Shown here piece by piece: positions 43,970-55,659 of a stretch of 64,000 nucleotides of DNA (position 1 is its first letter; the number at the start of each line of letters is the position of its first letter). Location: the IMG/VR virus record IMGVR_UViG_3300020576_002141, positions 1-64,000 of that record; one strand, given 5' to 3'. This stretch comes from a virus (lineage: Duplodnaviria > Caudoviricetes). Position numbers and translations under genes: made by a program. The notes below the pieces were generated by a model, which was not told the DNA's origin, ran no database searches, and saw only the letters and a program-made list of their open reading frames with translations.

Positions 43970-46261
43970 ATGGGCGTTTGTGATCCATTTAGACAGCAAC
44001 TAAGACGTAATTTAATACAGAATTTCTATAAAGAGTTTGAGTCAAATCAAACAGATAGATATTTTGTTTCTATCGGTAAGATAGACGAATGGTCAGGAAC
44101 TACCGCATCTACTAATGATGACTTTCCGCCAAGAAATACCGACAGCGTTCAATCAGATACCGATTTCTGGAGAGGTATTCTAGCATATAAGCGAGTATAT
44201 GCCACTGATGTTTCCCTTGTGGTTCCAAGATATGATTGGGAACCAGGAGAGGTATATGATGCGTATAGAGACGATACCGATTTGTTTGACGATGAAAATC
44301 CATCAAAGTTTTATGTTCTGGTCGATGAGGAACGAGTTTATAAATGTATTGATAACAATTTTGATGCTGCATCAACCATAGCTCCAACTCATACCGACTA
44401 TCAAATAAGAACTCTGTCCGATGGATATAGATGGAAGTTCTTATATCAGATTCCAGAATCAAAGAGAAAATTCCTCACTAAAGGATTCTCAAACAAAACC
44501 GGTTACATGCCTGTAGAATATGTCGAACGCTTATTAGAAGACGATGATAGAACTCTTCAATGGGCGACACAGCAAGCCGCGGTGGACGGTTCAATAGATC
44601 ACATCGCAGTAAACGAAACCTTGCGCAATCAGATTATTTCATCTAGAGTTGTTTTTCCGTCTACCGACAATCAGGTGGCTTCTGCTGCTACAGCCGGATC
44701 TTATACTATTATCATTTCTGGACCAAACTTAGTTTATTCCAATGATTACTATAATAACATGGTGATCAAAATAGATTCTGGATCTGGTGAAGGTCAACAA
44801 AGAATAATATCGGACTATCTGGCGGGTTCAAATACAGCAACCGTTACTATAGAAACTCCATTGGACATAGGTGTTACAGGAGGTACGGGATCTGATTTAA
44901 GCATTTATTCCATTTTACCACAAATAAGAATAGATGGAGATGGAAGAGCCTATAATAATGACCTCAACAGCCAGTCTTCTAGAGCAGAAGCAACTGTTAC
45001 TTTTCAAGATGGAGTAACTGGATATAGGTATATTGACACGATAGAAATAATAGACTGTGGGCAAAATTATACATTCGCCGATGTAACGATAGTTTCTGGT
45101 TTAACGAGCGCCCCGGGAATAACAGCAGAACTAGCCAACCTAGCTTCAGCAGTCATTTCTCCTGTTGGAGGGCACGGCTCTAATCCAGTAAAAGAACTAG
45201 GATGCTCTGCGTTGATGATAGTTCTAGATTTCGCTCAAGACGAAAATGGAAAAATATCTGTCGATAATGAATTCAGACAGTTTGGTTTAGTGAAGAATCC
45301 AGAGCTATATTATACCCAGAATAGAATACGCTTATTTCAAACTCCACCAGAATCGACTTATACAGCAGGCGATGGTGTTACGGCTTCTTCTGGAGGATTA
45401 GGCACAGTAGTTAGTTGGTATGGTGGTATAACAGGAGTAACAGGGACTAGTGAACTTGTTGTAGATGTTATTTCTGGATCATTTGCTATAGGAGCAACCG
45501 TCTCTCCAGGGTATACAGTTTATAGCATAGATGAAAGAACCATAGCCGGGACTGAAGGAAGAAACCTCAAACAAGTTTCTTTGGTTCCATCTGGTACAGC
45601 AGGAACAACTTTCAATCCAAGCGGAACAGATTTCAGTCGCGGTAAAGTAGTTGTCGCGTTGGGAAGCACAGCGGATACTGTATATCCAACTTACTCTATC
45701 GGAGAAGTTTACAGTTGGCAACCAGATGACGGCACCAACCTTTCGGGAAAACTATACCTGGAAAACTATCACGGAGAGTTTGCCAACGACGAGTTTGTAT
45801 ATCAAACAGACAGAAACATTTCCAGTATTAGTACATCGATTGGCCAAATAACAGATGCATCAGAGGTCGAGGAAGATAATCTGGATGTATATACTCAAAC
45901 ATTTAGTTTGCGTCTAATCTACAATGGAGTAAACACATTTACTACTTCTAGCTTCACGAATGATGATTTAGTTACATCTATCAGTGGATCCACTGAGGTT
46001 GCTAAGGGGTATGTAGTAGATTGGACTCCTGCAACAGGCGGAACTCAAGGCGATTTGACAGTAAATGGTGTCTGGGGAAGTTATGCTACAGGACATGCTA
46101 TAACATATTTTACTGGTGTTACGGGTGCTATTATAAATACTATACTTGAGGTACCAGATATAAGATATCATTCTGGTGAAATCCTACATATCCAAAATAT
46201 AAGACCAGTAGAACGCTCAATCGAACAAAGAGAAGAAATCAAGCTTATTGTGGAATTTTAA
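43970..46261 (+). CDS. gp8: Baseplate wedge subunit
   Basis: VVPRYDW..G..YD.Y, FYVL..E.RVYKCIDN, DGYRWKFLY, GGHGSNPVKEL, REEIKLIVEF. Confidence 0.9.
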   Translation: MGVCDPFRQQLRRNLIQNFYKEFESNQTDRYFVSIGKIDEWSGTTASTNDDFPPRNTDSVQSDTDFWRGILAYKRVYATDVSLVVPRYDWEPGEVYDAYRDDTDLFDDENPSKFYVLVDEERVYKCIDNNFDAASTIAPTHTDYQIRTLSDGYRWKFLYQIPESKRKFLTKGFSNKTGYMPVEYVERLLEDDDRTLQWATQQAAVDGSIDHIAVNETLRNQIISSRVVFPSTDNQVASAATAGSYTIIISGPNLVYSNDYYNNMVIKIDSGSGEGQQRIISDYLAGSNTATVTIETPLDIGVTGGTGSDLSIYSILPQIRIDGDGRAYNNDLNSQSSRAEATVTFQDGVTGYRYIDTIEIIDCGQNYTFADVTIVSGLTSAPGITAELANLASAVISPVGGHGSNPVKELGCSALMIVLDFAQDENGKISVDNEFRQFGLVKNPELYYTQNRIRLFQTPPESTYTAGDGVTASSGGLGTVVSWYGGITGVTGTSELVVDVISGSFAIGATVSPGYTVYSIDERTIAGTEGRNLKQVSLVPSGTAGTTFNPSGTDFSRGKVVVALGSTADTVYPTYSIGEVYSWQPDDGTNLSGKLYLENYHGEFANDEFVYQTDRNISSISTSIGQITDASEVEEDNLDVYTQTFSLRLIYNGVNTFTTSSFTNDDLVTSISGSTEVAKGYVVDWTPATGGTQGDLTVNGVWGSYATGHAITYFTGVTGAIINTILEVPDIRYHSGEILHIQNIRPVERSIEQREEIKLIVEF

Positions 46262-46273
46262 TCCGGAGAGAAA

Positions 46274-49200
46274 ATGGTTTACGATTCGTCACTTTTCAAC
46301 ATAGACCCTTACTACGACGATTTCGACGAAACGAAGAATTTTCTTCGTATGCTATTTCGCCCTGGTTTTGCGGTTCAAGCAAGAGAACTAACTCAAATAC
46401 AAACCATTCTTCAGAATCAACTGGAGAGATTTGGTAACCATCTTTTTTATGATGGAAGTATGGTTCTCGATGGTCAGATAACAGAAAACAGAGCCTATGT
46501 TGCTAGACTAACTTCTCTTAGTGGATCTACTGATATTTCTGATTACCTTTCATCTGTACTTCAGAAAGGAACAACCGGGCCTAAGATTAGAGTTCTTCAT
46601 ACAGAATCTGGATTAAGTGGATCCAGCGTTGACACCCACTCTTTGATTTATTTCAACTATATTTCTGGATCGTCTCTCACAGCCGGCGATGTCGTTTCTG
46701 GAACAGCCAGTGATACAGCCGTTTCTGCTACTATAATAGGTCTTACTGGAGTAACAGGTAGCGCGGTTGGTTCTTGTATGCTGGTCAGTGTAAATGATGG
46801 TATTCGTTATGTAGACGGTTTCTTCGTAAGACATGATGCACAAAATATCGGATTGTATGATGTAACCGGTCCTGCTGGATCTGAATACAGATACTTCGCA
46901 TCTCCTACAGTAAGAGTTGGCTTTGATACCTCTAGATCATATGTGACTTCGGACGATGACACAAGCCTTCAAGATCCTTCGTTCGGTTCTTATAACTATG
47001 CAGCTCCCGGAGCTGATAGATACAAGATCGATTTGACTATCAATCAATATTCGTTTATTCCTACATCTACAGCAGCCACCGATAACTTTTCTCGGCAAGA
47101 CTTTGTGGAGTTTTTGCGTGTAGTTGATGGAGATGTTGTAAAGAAAGAACTTTATCCAGATTACTCAGTATTAGAAGACACATTAGCAAGAAGAACTTAT
47201 GATGAATCTGGTAACTATACCGTAAGACCTTTTGATCTTTCTACGGAAGTCGGTCCTTCTGATTCTACTTTGTATGCTAAGCTCGAAGCAGGAAAAGCAT
47301 ATATCTTTGGTTACGAGTTCGAAACACAGGGATCTACTAAAGTAAGCGTAAACAAAGCCAGAACTACTAGAGCAGTAACAGAAGAATCTGTAGATAGAAC
47401 AATAGGTCCATATCTTTCTTCTATGCGGTTCAACGGAACAGCAGACAGCATCGGTCTAACATTTGCTACTAATAAGGGTGATACGGTATACCTAGGTAGC
47501 TCTACTGGAAACAGTGCGTTTGCTGAAATTGGAACAGCTAAAATCAGACACGTAAACTTTGCATCTGGTTCCAACTATTATGTTTACCTATATGACGTTT
47601 CGTTTACTGGTGGAAATTCTGAACAAAGCATAAGATCCATTTATAGAGTTGGCCAGACAGCTTCAGGAAAACAAATATTTGAAATAGCAAGTGGTACTAC
47701 GGCTTCGTTCTCCAACGGTAACTATAATAACTTGTTGTTCGAAACAAACTATTCTGGATTGACTTCTGTAACCGATTTGCGTCTATATTATTGGGCTCAT
47801 ACTGCCATAACATTCAATTCAAGCAATGGTTACGGATTCATTCCTATAGGATCTTTCTACGATCAGTTTGTAGCCGACGAAACTCCAGGAGATTTCCCAC
47901 AATCTTCTGTGATGGTATTTTCTCCAGACGGAAGATCTCTGACAGGAACTCTTGATATAACAGGCGCTCCAGAGCAGCTAGACCTTCGGTTGTCTGTGAC
48001 GGGACCAACTTTTGGATACGTATACTACGAAGTAGAGGCTAACGATATAACTGACATCAGAACAAAGACTCTATCTTCTTCTACGTTGAGCTTGACAGCC
48101 GGAAACGCGGTTATCCGTACAGACGAAAACAACAAGAAATACTTGACACTAAGTAACTATTATGATGTAGTTTCTATTAGTCATATTACCGGAGATAACG
48201 GATCTGGTTTGACAGATATGACTTCGTGGTTTACTCTTGACACGGGTCAAAGAGATAACTACTACGATTGGGCTAGAATAGTACTAAATCCATCAATAAC
48301 TTCTTCTGCTTCGTTTACTGGTCCATACTCGGTATCACTAACAAGATACGTACATTCCGGAAACGGACCGTGTATAGTAAATTCTTATCCAACATATTCC
48401 ACTATTCCTGATTACACAAGCACATCAACAGGAAAAGTATATAAGCTAAGAGATGTCATTGACTTCCGTCCTTATAAGGATTCTTCTGGATCTCTAACAG
48501 GATGCGATGTTCCTTCTGATAACGTCTTAGCTACTATTTCCTACAACCACTATCTTCCTAGAACAGACAAGATAGTTCTTACCAGAGACAGACAGTTCAA
48601 TGTTATACAGGGAACTCCTAGCTTAGACGCCATCTCTCCTGCTGATGACGCCGATTCCATGACTCTGTACACAATAACATATAATCCATATACCTACGAC
48701 GAAAACGATGTAACCATAAGATACATCGAGAATAAGCGTTATACAATGCGTGATATAGGAAATCTGGAAAAGAGAGTTGACAATCTAGAATACTATACTT
48801 CTTTGAGTGTCATAGAGCAAGAAGCAAAGAATACTGCTATCTATGACGAGTTTGGGTTGGATAGACCAAAGCTAGGAATACTAGTAGATACATTCAAAGG
48901 GCACAATATAGGTGACGTTCTTGACGAATACTATGCCTGCTCCGTAGATTACGAAAATTCTGCGCTTCGTCCTAAGTTTGCCGTTTCTGCTACACCAGTA
49001 GATTATACGGCTATAGTTCTACAATCTGGAATCACTTATACTTCCGACAACATTCTAATGGCTTCTTGGTCATCTTCTACTCCTACTATCATTCAGACTG
49101 TAGTAACCGATTCTATTCAAGTCAATAATACTGGAGTATTCCCGCTTCTCGGTAAAGTATCTCTTTCTCCATCTACTGATGCGAAATACGATTCAACCAA

Positions 49201-51100
49201 TGAAGTATTGGTAAAGGTAAACGTTGAAGGCGAAAATGACAACTGGGCAGCCCCAGGTGCGTCTGGTAATGGATTTGGAAGTCAGTGGAACGACTGGGAG
49301 CTAAACTGGCTAGGAAAAGAAATCATCGAAGAACAGACTTCTAGAACCAACAGCACAGTTTCTAGATCTGTAGGACTTTATTCTTCTTCGTCTTCTTCAA
49401 ACATTTCTAACAGATCTGTTCCTGAGTCGATTAGAAGATCTAAGCTAAACAGATATGTAAATGAAAATATTGTTCCTTGGATGAGAGCCAGAAACGTTTC
49501 TGTAACAGCAGAAGGACTGAAACCAAACACAACTTACTATCCATATTTTGATGGAGTGGATGTAACCTCTTACTGCACCGGAAGCCTACTGTCTGATAGT
49601 TCGGGAAGAATAACTGGACTTACCTTCGGAATTCCATCTGAAACTTTCAGAACAGGCCAAAGACTATTCAGACTAACTGACAGCCCAACCGATACCGTAG
49701 CAAACACTACTTCGGCCGCTGAATCTGTATACTACGCCAAGGGTTTCATTCAGAACAGAGAAGAAGGAATAGTTTCTGTTCTTCCTCCTGTAATCAGAAG
49801 AGAAAGCGTAAACTCTGAAAACATTATCAACAACATATTGACAAGAAGAAGATCGAGAGATGGTTCTCAGACTATCGGATATATCGATCCTCTTGCTCAA
49901 ACATTCACAGTCGATTCTAATACCTATCCAGATGGCTTCTTCTGCTCGAAGATCGGAATACTGTTCAAGACTAAGGAAACAGAAACCAATGAGCCAATAA
50001 TACTACAGGTTCGCCCACTTCAAAGCGGTTTCCCACATCCATCTAAGATTATTCCATTCTCTGAAGTTTATGTCTACCCATCGGCTATTACAACTAGCAC
50101 GGATGGAAGTGAAATAACTAACTTCAACTTCAGTACTCCTATATACCTACCACCAGGAGATTATGCTATCTGTCTTCTTTCTTCTAGTGAAAACTACGAA
50201 GTATATACAGCTAAGGCTGGAAACTATTCTCTAGTGGATACCGAACAAAGAGCATCTAAGAATGCTCTGAGTGGCTACTTGTTTAGACCACAAAACAGCG
50301 GAATATACACATCTACAGACACAGAAGATCTTTGCTATATCGTTTATCGTTGCGTGTTCAATACTTCTAGCACATATGCTGATATTGGATTCCAAAATGA
50401 TGGATTCTCAGCTCCTTCGAATATAAACGTAGATTATGTTCGTATAGCTTCTGAAGAACTAACACCAAGCAACACTTCTGTTTCCTATGCTTCAACCTCT
50501 ACCAAGGGATTGAATAATGGTTCCTACTCTGCTAATAGAAACATACAAGCCAATAATACTGCTACAAGAGCCATAGCACAAGGTGGAAACACCGAACCAG
50601 AATTCCGTGTAACTTATGTTGCTACAGAATATGTCTCTCCGCAAATAGATTTGAACAGACTCTACATTTACTCCATTTGCCATCTTATCAACTCCAACAC
50701 AACTCCTGGAAACACACTAGAAGGCAACCCAACTCCTCTAAATGCGTCTGCTGGTACTTTAAGCAGATATATTACAAAGAGTGTAGAGCTTGATGATACA
50801 GTAGAAGCTACGAATATTAATGTCTACTTGAATGCTTACAAGCCAATAGAATCAACTATTCAAGTATGGTTCAGATATCTTCCTTATGGTCTAAAAACTG
50901 GTATATCTGATAGAAGTTGGACTCAGCTTCAATCTGTGACTACAGGAAACTCGGCTAACGAAACCGATTACACAGAACTACACTATAACCTAGCAGCAGA
51001 TGTTGAACGGTATGGAATTTTCCAAATCAAGTTAGTATTCTCAACTACAGATTCCAGTAAATCGCCTGTTGTAAGAAACATGAGAGCCATTGTTGTATGA
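46274..51100 (+). CDS. Large virion structural protein (DUF4815/VrlC-like)
   Basis: PYYDDFDE.KNF.R.LFRPG.AVQARELTQ.Q, APGADRYK, LARRTYDESG.Y, PLAQTF. Confidence 0.88.
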   Translation: MVYDSSLFNIDPYYDDFDETKNFLRMLFRPGFAVQARELTQIQTILQNQLERFGNHLFYDGSMVLDGQITENRAYVARLTSLSGSTDISDYLSSVLQKGTTGPKIRVLHTESGLSGSSVDTHSLIYFNYISGSSLTAGDVVSGTASDTAVSATIIGLTGVTGSAVGSCMLVSVNDGIRYVDGFFVRHDAQNIGLYDVTGPAGSEYRYFASPTVRVGFDTSRSYVTSDDDTSLQDPSFGSYNYAAPGADRYKIDLTINQYSFIPTSTAATDNFSRQDFVEFLRVVDGDVVKKELYPDYSVLEDTLARRTYDESGNYTVRPFDLSTEVGPSDSTLYAKLEAGKAYIFGYEFETQGSTKVSVNKARTTRAVTEESVDRTIGPYLSSMRFNGTADSIGLTFATNKGDTVYLGSSTGNSAFAEIGTAKIRHVNFASGSNYYVYLYDVSFTGGNSEQSIRSIYRVGQTASGKQIFEIASGTTASFSNGNYNNLLFETNYSGLTSVTDLRLYYWAHTAITFNSSNGYGFIPIGSFYDQFVADETPGDFPQSSVMVFSPDGRSLTGTLDITGAPEQLDLRLSVTGPTFGYVYYEVEANDITDIRTKTLSSSTLSLTAGNAVIRTDENNKKYLTLSNYYDVVSISHITGDNGSGLTDMTSWFTLDTGQRDNYYDWARIVLNPSITSSASFTGPYSVSLTRYVHSGNGPCIVNSYPTYSTIPDYTSTSTGKVYKLRDVIDFRPYKDSSGSLTGCDVPSDNVLATISYNHYLPRTDKIVLTRDRQFNVIQGTPSLDAISPADDADSMTLYTITYNPYTYDENDVTIRYIENKRYTMRDIGNLEKRVDNLEYYTSLSVIEQEAKNTAIYDEFGLDRPKLGILVDTFKGHNIGDVLDEYYACSVDYENSALRPKFAVSATPVDYTAIVLQSGITYTSDNILMASWSSSTPTIIQTVVTDSIQVNNTGVFPLLGKVSLSPSTDAKYDSTNEVLVKVNVEGENDNWAAPGASGNGFGSQWNDWELNWLGKEIIEEQTSRTNSTVSRSVGLYSSSSSSNISNRSVPESIRRSKLNRYVNENIVPWMRARNVSVTAEGLKPNTTYYPYFDGVDVTSYCTGSLLSDSSGRITGLTFGIPSETFRTGQRLFRLTDSPTDTVANTTSAAESVYYAKGFIQNREEGIVSVLPPVIRRESVNSENIINNILTRRRSRDGSQTIGYIDPLAQTFTVDSNTYPDGFFCSKIGILFKTKETETNEPIILQVRPLQSGFPHPSKIIPFSEVYVYPSAITTSTDGSEITNFNFSTPIYLPPGDYAICLLSSSENYEVYTAKAGNYSLVDTEQRASKNALSGYLFRPQNSGIYTSTDTEDLCYIVYRCVFNTSSTYADIGFQNDGFSAPSNINVDYVRIASEELTPSNTSVSYASTSTKGLNNGSYSANRNIQANNTATRAIAQGGNTEPEFRVTYVATEYVSPQIDLNRLYIYSICHLINSNTTPGNTLEGNPTPLNASAGTLSRYITKSVELDDTVEATNINVYLNAYKPIESTIQVWFRYLPYGLKTGISDRSWTQLQSVTTGNSANETDYTELHYNLAADVERYGIFQIKLVFSTTDSSKSPVVRNMRAIVV

Positions 51101-51300
51101 GAAAGTTTATCAAAGAAACCAAAGAGTTCGTAAGGGATAGTAATAACAATGCTATTTTACGAATATCTACAGCAGAGGTAAACAAGTACAAATCTCAAAG
51201 AGAAGAACTTCTACGACAGAAAAATGAAATAAATAAGTTGAGAGAAGAAATAGAAAATCTACGAGTTATAGTAAATAAACTTGTAAATAGGACTGAATAA
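51097..51300 (+). CDS. Small coiled-coil hypothetical protein
   Basis: FVRDSNNNAIL...EINKLREEIENL; coupled to both neighbours. Confidence 0.75.
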   Translation: MRKFIKETKEFVRDSNNNAILRISTAEVNKYKSQREELLRQKNEINKLREEIENLRVIVNKLVNRTE

Positions 51301-54300
51301 TGCCCCTAACAGCAGATCTAATAAATATCGATTCACTTGTTTTAAGTGATACCTTTCAAACATGGGTAAATAGAACCAATCAAATCATAGATGATTTGAA
51401 TCCTCTTCAAGTTTACGATGTTGAAGTGGGCACCACTGGAGGTTTACTCAAAGAAACAGGGATGAGCGCCGGAAACTATAACGGCGTAGTTACTCTTTCT
51501 TTGAATCCGGGTCCTGGTGTAGGAACATGGACTTTAGGGGGCGCAAGCAGAGCTGTTGTAGATTTTTCTAGATTTGGTACATATAGTCTAGAACTCACGG
51601 GTGGTGCTTCTGGTGCGGCTTCTGCTGTGGCTGGAACAGACGAATTCATCATCAACGATATAAGTGATACACAACAATCTGGATCTGGAACTGCTAAGAA
51701 AGTTCAAGCCAGAAATATGTTGCCATACGAAATAGCAGGCGACCACAGGTTTAGCAGCAACATAACAATTGGTGGTAATCTTATAGTTCAGGGATCTGAT
51801 ACATTTATCGCAGCCAACAATCTTCGTATTGAAGACAAGCAGATCGAACTGGCTTATCAGCAAGCTATTGCGTTAACTCTTACGGGTGTCACGGGTGGTA
51901 CGTTTAGATCGACTTCTTTTGGTGCTACGGCGTATCACTTCGTTACTTCGACAGGGTTGACTCCTGATATGTATGGTCACCTTGATACATACACGGGTGC
52001 AGCCGCAGGTCCTACCGGTAGGTTTACAATAGGCTCTTTGTTCCAAGATCCATATGACGCAGATAACTTTGTAGGTATAACTGGATATATTAGCTTAGGA
52101 TCTACAGGAAACCCAAGATATTTAGTAGTAAGTGCCGGAACTCCATTTAATTCATTCCTAAATGACGAAGAACTATCACAGGGTGGTATTGTTCTAAAGG
52201 GTGCGTCGGGAGACAAGTCTTTTCTTTGGTTAGATTCTGATACATCTCTTGTTTATAATTACGAAAATACATGGGCTGCGTTGACTTCAAATATTGGCGT
52301 GGCTTCTCCATATAACTCAGTAGTATCCAGCAACTATAGATCTGTCTATGTTATAGATGACGATGATGATATTTTCAGATTTATGTCTTATGATAGTGCT
52401 TTCGGAGTCAAGCTACTGCTGGGTTCGGCTCCGTGGTCAATAACGGCAAACTCTCAGTTTGGAAGCTCTATAGGTTTCTATAGACCTGCTACAACATATC
52501 AGCTAGCAATAGTTTCTCATACTGGCGGAAATGCTGCTTATACAACACTTGCTACGCTGATGCCAAATATTTCTCAAGCAGGTGGTGTCACCGGCTCCAC
52601 TTGGAGAGCCCTACAAGGAATAACAGCCACAAACTTCTTCTATCAACTAAACGTAGATCAACTTGACGGTGCTCACGGATCGACCTCAGCCGCTGCGTAT
52701 ACTATTCCTATTGCTAGCGAATATGGAACGATTGATGAAACTTGGCTAGAAGCTTCTTCTATAAGAAGAAGAGTAACACAAGCTTCCCATGGTTTGACTA
52801 TGGGCGATGTTGTAAGAGTTAACTCTTCTGGAAGCTATGTAAAAGCTATCGCAACTTCTCCTCAACTAGGAGAAGCAATAGGTATGGTCTCATCTGTTTC
52901 CGGAAACTCATTTGTCGTTACACTAAAGGGAAAGATTTCTGGACTATCAGGAGCTGTGCAAACAGTCGAAGCTGCGGCATATACTCCTGGCGAAGTTTAC
53001 TTCCTTTCTGGATCTACAGCAGGAAAACTGATATCAGATCCAGATAATGCAGTTCTTACTAGAATACCAGCCGGTGGTGTTCGTAAGCCAATGTTCTTAC
53101 CGACAAGCACCACAGAAGGATATGTATTAGGATATGTTGGATCGGTTGTCACCGAACATACAGATGAGCTTTACTTAGATGGACTAGTTCCTCTCGGCAC
53201 CATTTATCCATACGCAGCAAGTTCTTCTTATATAACTGAAGAATGGCTAATCTGTGACGGATCTAGATATACCCGAGCTGCTTATCCAGATTTGTATACC
53301 ATAACATATAATCTATATTACGCTAACGTTGTTATAGCAAACGCCGGTGATGATTATGGAACTATAGAAGGTGGTATAAGAAACCTTGCTATCGGCGACG
53401 TAGTAACCGTAAGATATAATGGAACAGATTACGACAGAGAAATAACAGATCTAAACGAATCTACAGATTATGTTCAGTTTGATACTGGTCTTCCCTACGC
53501 CGCAACATATGAAATGCGAGTAACCGAAGACAGCAACGGAAATGAAGTATTCTTTATTCCTGATTTGAGATCTAAGTTCATCAGAGGCAAAGGTACTTCG
53601 CAAAATGCTGGAACTATAGGCGGCTCGGATACCGTAACTCTCGATATCGGAAACTTACCATCTCACAGCCACGGTCTGGATATTCAGTCAACCGATGCGC
53701 AAGCTGGTTCTGGTTTGGGACTAGTAAAAGATGGATCAACAAATGATACAACTACTTCTCTAACCGGTGGCGGAGAAGCAGTAGACATAGTGCCTTCTTA
53801 TGTTGCTTTGTATTACATAATCAGGGCTAAGCACAAGACAAAAGCCACCATTCTGACTGGACATGATCATGACAACAGATATATTAGATTTGACGCTACT
53901 CACGATTCTTCTCTTGGTTTAACTGAAGGTGGAAGAGAAAGATTTAGAAGAAACGCAAGCGTCGCTGGATATCCTCTGGGATCCAGTTTGACAGCGTTTG
54001 GTCCTACACACGATCACGATTTGCGTTATGTAAGATTCGATGATACACAAACTCTAACCGATTCGCAAGAATATAAAGCCAGAACAAACATCAATGCTGC
54101 TGCGGCTGGTGAAGGAGATGGATATGCACAAAACTCTTCATCAACAGCTCACAACCATGACTACATTTATCCAAGATTTGATGGGCAAGCTCAGAGCGCA
54201 TTTGATGATTATCCTTCTATCAAGTCTGCTTTCCGCACAAAACTCGGAGTATACTCTACTACCGAAATGGATGACAGATATGTAAATGTCTCCGGTGATA

Positions 54301-55304
54301 CAATGCGCGGTAACCTCACCATGAGCAGCGCCAATATTATTATCACCAACGGTATGCTACAAGCTGATACCTCATTCAAGATGAACGGAAGCGATTCTTC
54401 GAATCCATTTATCGAGGCTAACTCCACATCGAAGTATGCTATATTCGATATAAACAACACATACTCTTCATACTTTATCGTAGAAAGTTCAGACTTAGAC
54501 AACTCCACAAACGGAAGAACACGCAAAGATATACTGTATATTTACAGAGAACCGAACCCCTCTGGAAACAACTCGAACTGCGAAGTTCAAGTATACGGTG
54601 ACTTTACGGTGTGGGGTGATGGACAGACCACTCAGGGGTATGCTGGAATCTCGAATCCTCTTTCTCAAGTAGGAGCCTTTGGTGTTGATCCTCACTTGGG
54701 AAGAATTTTCGTCGGCGGCCGTCAACCAAGAACAGATTCATCCTTAGTTGCTGGACCAGAAATCAATCTGATTGAAGGTAACGATTATATAACACCGAGC
54801 ACTCATGGTAAGATTACCGGTCTAACATTCCCAACAGAGACTCATGCGGCTGCGAACAAAGCTTATGTAGATAAGCAAACCGCTCTATTCAAATATTGGG
54901 CTATAGGTTCTGGATCAGATGGAGTAACTGCGGCAAACGGACTCTATTATCCCGTAAGCAATAATACATCCTTTGGTATTGATGCTGTCAATCCTATAAC
55001 AAGAAACAACATATCTCTTCCAACAGGATACTGGCACTTTACCTTGATTTACTCCTTCATAAATGCTGATAACGCTGATTGTGATATAGTATTTACAGTT
55101 AATGGAGATACTGTAAGAACCCACGTTCAGGGGCCCGGAGCAAACGATAGAACATTATCTGGATCTATAACTCTTCTTACTAACATAACTAGTACATTCG
55201 ATATATCTGTTTCTGTTTCCGGAATTGTTCCAGATGATACTCAGATGGACTGGACTCACGCAGAGATAAACGCAACTAAGGTAGGAGACGTTTACACGGT
55301 ATAA
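51300..55304 (+). CDS. Tail fibre with 'HGL' domain, split tail-collar domain and HxH repeats
   Basis: SDTFQTWVNRTNQ N-terminus; GTIYPYA...WLICDG...YPDL / IPDLRSKFIRG collar; HDHD/HNHD repeats. Confidence 0.85.
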   Translation: MPLTADLINIDSLVLSDTFQTWVNRTNQIIDDLNPLQVYDVEVGTTGGLLKETGMSAGNYNGVVTLSLNPGPGVGTWTLGGASRAVVDFSRFGTYSLELTGGASGAASAVAGTDEFIINDISDTQQSGSGTAKKVQARNMLPYEIAGDHRFSSNITIGGNLIVQGSDTFIAANNLRIEDKQIELAYQQAIALTLTGVTGGTFRSTSFGATAYHFVTSTGLTPDMYGHLDTYTGAAAGPTGRFTIGSLFQDPYDADNFVGITGYISLGSTGNPRYLVVSAGTPFNSFLNDEELSQGGIVLKGASGDKSFLWLDSDTSLVYNYENTWAALTSNIGVASPYNSVVSSNYRSVYVIDDDDDIFRFMSYDSAFGVKLLLGSAPWSITANSQFGSSIGFYRPATTYQLAIVSHTGGNAAYTTLATLMPNISQAGGVTGSTWRALQGITATNFFYQLNVDQLDGAHGSTSAAAYTIPIASEYGTIDETWLEASSIRRRVTQASHGLTMGDVVRVNSSGSYVKAIATSPQLGEAIGMVSSVSGNSFVVTLKGKISGLSGAVQTVEAAAYTPGEVYFLSGSTAGKLISDPDNAVLTRIPAGGVRKPMFLPTSTTEGYVLGYVGSVVTEHTDELYLDGLVPLGTIYPYAASSSYITEEWLICDGSRYTRAAYPDLYTITYNLYYANVVIANAGDDYGTIEGGIRNLAIGDVVTVRYNGTDYDREITDLNESTDYVQFDTGLPYAATYEMRVTEDSNGNEVFFIPDLRSKFIRGKGTSQNAGTIGGSDTVTLDIGNLPSHSHGLDIQSTDAQAGSGLGLVKDGSTNDTTTSLTGGGEAVDIVPSYVALYYIIRAKHKTKATILTGHDHDNRYIRFDATHDSSLGLTEGGRERFRRNASVAGYPLGSSLTAFGPTHDHDLRYVRFDDTQTLTDSQEYKARTNINAAAAGEGDGYAQNSSSTAHNHDYIYPRFDGQAQSAFDDYPSIKSAFRTKLGVYSTTEMDDRYVNVSGDTMRGNLTMSSANIIITNGMLQADTSFKMNGSDSSNPFIEANSTSKYAIFDINNTYSSYFIVESSDLDNSTNGRTRKDILYIYREPNPSGNNSNCEVQVYGDFTVWGDGQTTQGYAGISNPLSQVGAFGVDPHLGRIFVGGRQPRTDSSLVAGPEINLIEGNDYITPSTHGKITGLTFPTETHAAANKAYVDKQTALFKYWAIGSGSDGVTAANGLYYPVSNNTSFGIDAVNPITRNNISLPTGYWHFTLIYSFINADNADCDIVFTVNGDTVRTHVQGPGANDRTLSGSITLLTNITSTFDISVSVSGIVPDDTQMDWTHAEINATKVGDVYTV

Positions 55305-55307
55305 CCT

Positions 55308-55646
55308 ATGGCTATAACAAAAAACATCTTTATAGATCAGGGATCTACTTATAGTGCGTCTTTGACAGCCCAAGATTCATATGGAAATACAATAAATATA
55401 GACGGAGCAACAGGATATTGTCATCTCAGAAGAAGCTATTATTCTTCTTCTTATAATGAAATGACTGTTTCTGTAACTGGTGCATCTGGCTCTGGTTGGT
55501 ATAATCTCTATATGGGAGCTACAGCTACTGCTGAATTAAAACCAGGAGTATATGTTTACGATGTTGAGTTTCACAAGCCGGACGGTACAGTTGTAAGAGT
55601 TCGCCAAGGAAATGCTACAGTAGACCCGGAAGTGACTAAGTTATAA
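55308..55646 (+). CDS. Conserved virion protein (fibre-adaptor-like)
   Basis: NIFIDQGSTY...LKPGVYVYDVE...QGNATVDPEVT. Confidence 0.75.
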   Translation: MAITKNIFIDQGSTYSASLTAQDSYGNTINIDGATGYCHLRRSYYSSSYNEMTVSVTGASGSGWYNLYMGATATAELKPGVYVYDVEFHKPDGTVVRVRQGNATVDPEVTKL

Positions 55647-55659
55647 TGCGGAGAAGTAG

